From NCBI GenBank assembly GCA_051453625.1, contig JBOZIK010000001.1, forward strand, positions 18,755,062 to 18,789,837: a DNA stretch of 34,776 bases. The letters run 5' to 3'. The notes under the pieces were generated by a model. It worked only from the letters and a program-made list of their open reading frames with translations, did not search any database and was not told the DNA's origin. Positions 34,475-34,776 of the stretch are shown one piece after another; position 1 is the stretch's first letter, and each line of letters opens with the position of its first letter. The position numbers and the translations under genes were made by a program. The stretch is from Welwitschia mirabilis (Eukaryota).

Positions 34475-34776
34475 GAGGCTCCTACCTCAATATCCCACTT
34501 GCAAACAAATCTATCTTATTCTCCAAGACAAAATAATAAAAGCCCATGATGGAACACCCTCATCACTCTAAAAGCCCCTATCCATTGCTAACAGCCACAG
34601 AGTAAAGCAGACAAGAGAACCATTGAGGTGACACCAGCGTGTGAGGAGCATCTCTACATAAAAATGTCCACTAAAACAAAGTCTCCACAAGGTAAGAAAC
34701 ACATAGGTCATCATCAATTCCATAGCTACAAACACCATCCTGCAAGTGCCTATGCATGTGGTCTTATAAACTATCA

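Overview
This is AT-rich, strongly CpG-depleted land-plant nuclear DNA from a draft assembly with five N-gaps. I see no intact host gene, RNA gene or CRISPR array. Almost all of it is old, nested, decayed LTR retrotransposons. From left to right: (1) a degenerate DnaJ/J-domain coding fragment followed by paired hairpins (1-~465); (2) leader, PBS and LTR stub of an Athila-type gypsy element; (3) a Sirevirus (SIRE) copia element on the minus strand (3' LTR ~1335-2837, env-like ORF, RNase H/RT to ~13272); (4) a complete 6.3-kb non-autonomous Athila element (3802-10108) that splits that env-like ORF; (5) a probable solo LTR and a minus-strand copia gag-pro-int remnant with a long, CpG-retaining leader; (6) a plus-strand copia pol remnant; (7) the 3' half of another Athila element; (8) a copia solo LTR next to an RT-less element of the same family; (9) unassigned gapped sequence. 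The most unusual signals are the J-domain fragment in a transposon-like context, the in-frame integrase/RNase H fusion of the RT-less copia, the CpG-retaining island and the decayed GACGTC palindrome arrays. All calls come from reading and translating by eye; no database search was run and boundaries marked ~ are approximate.
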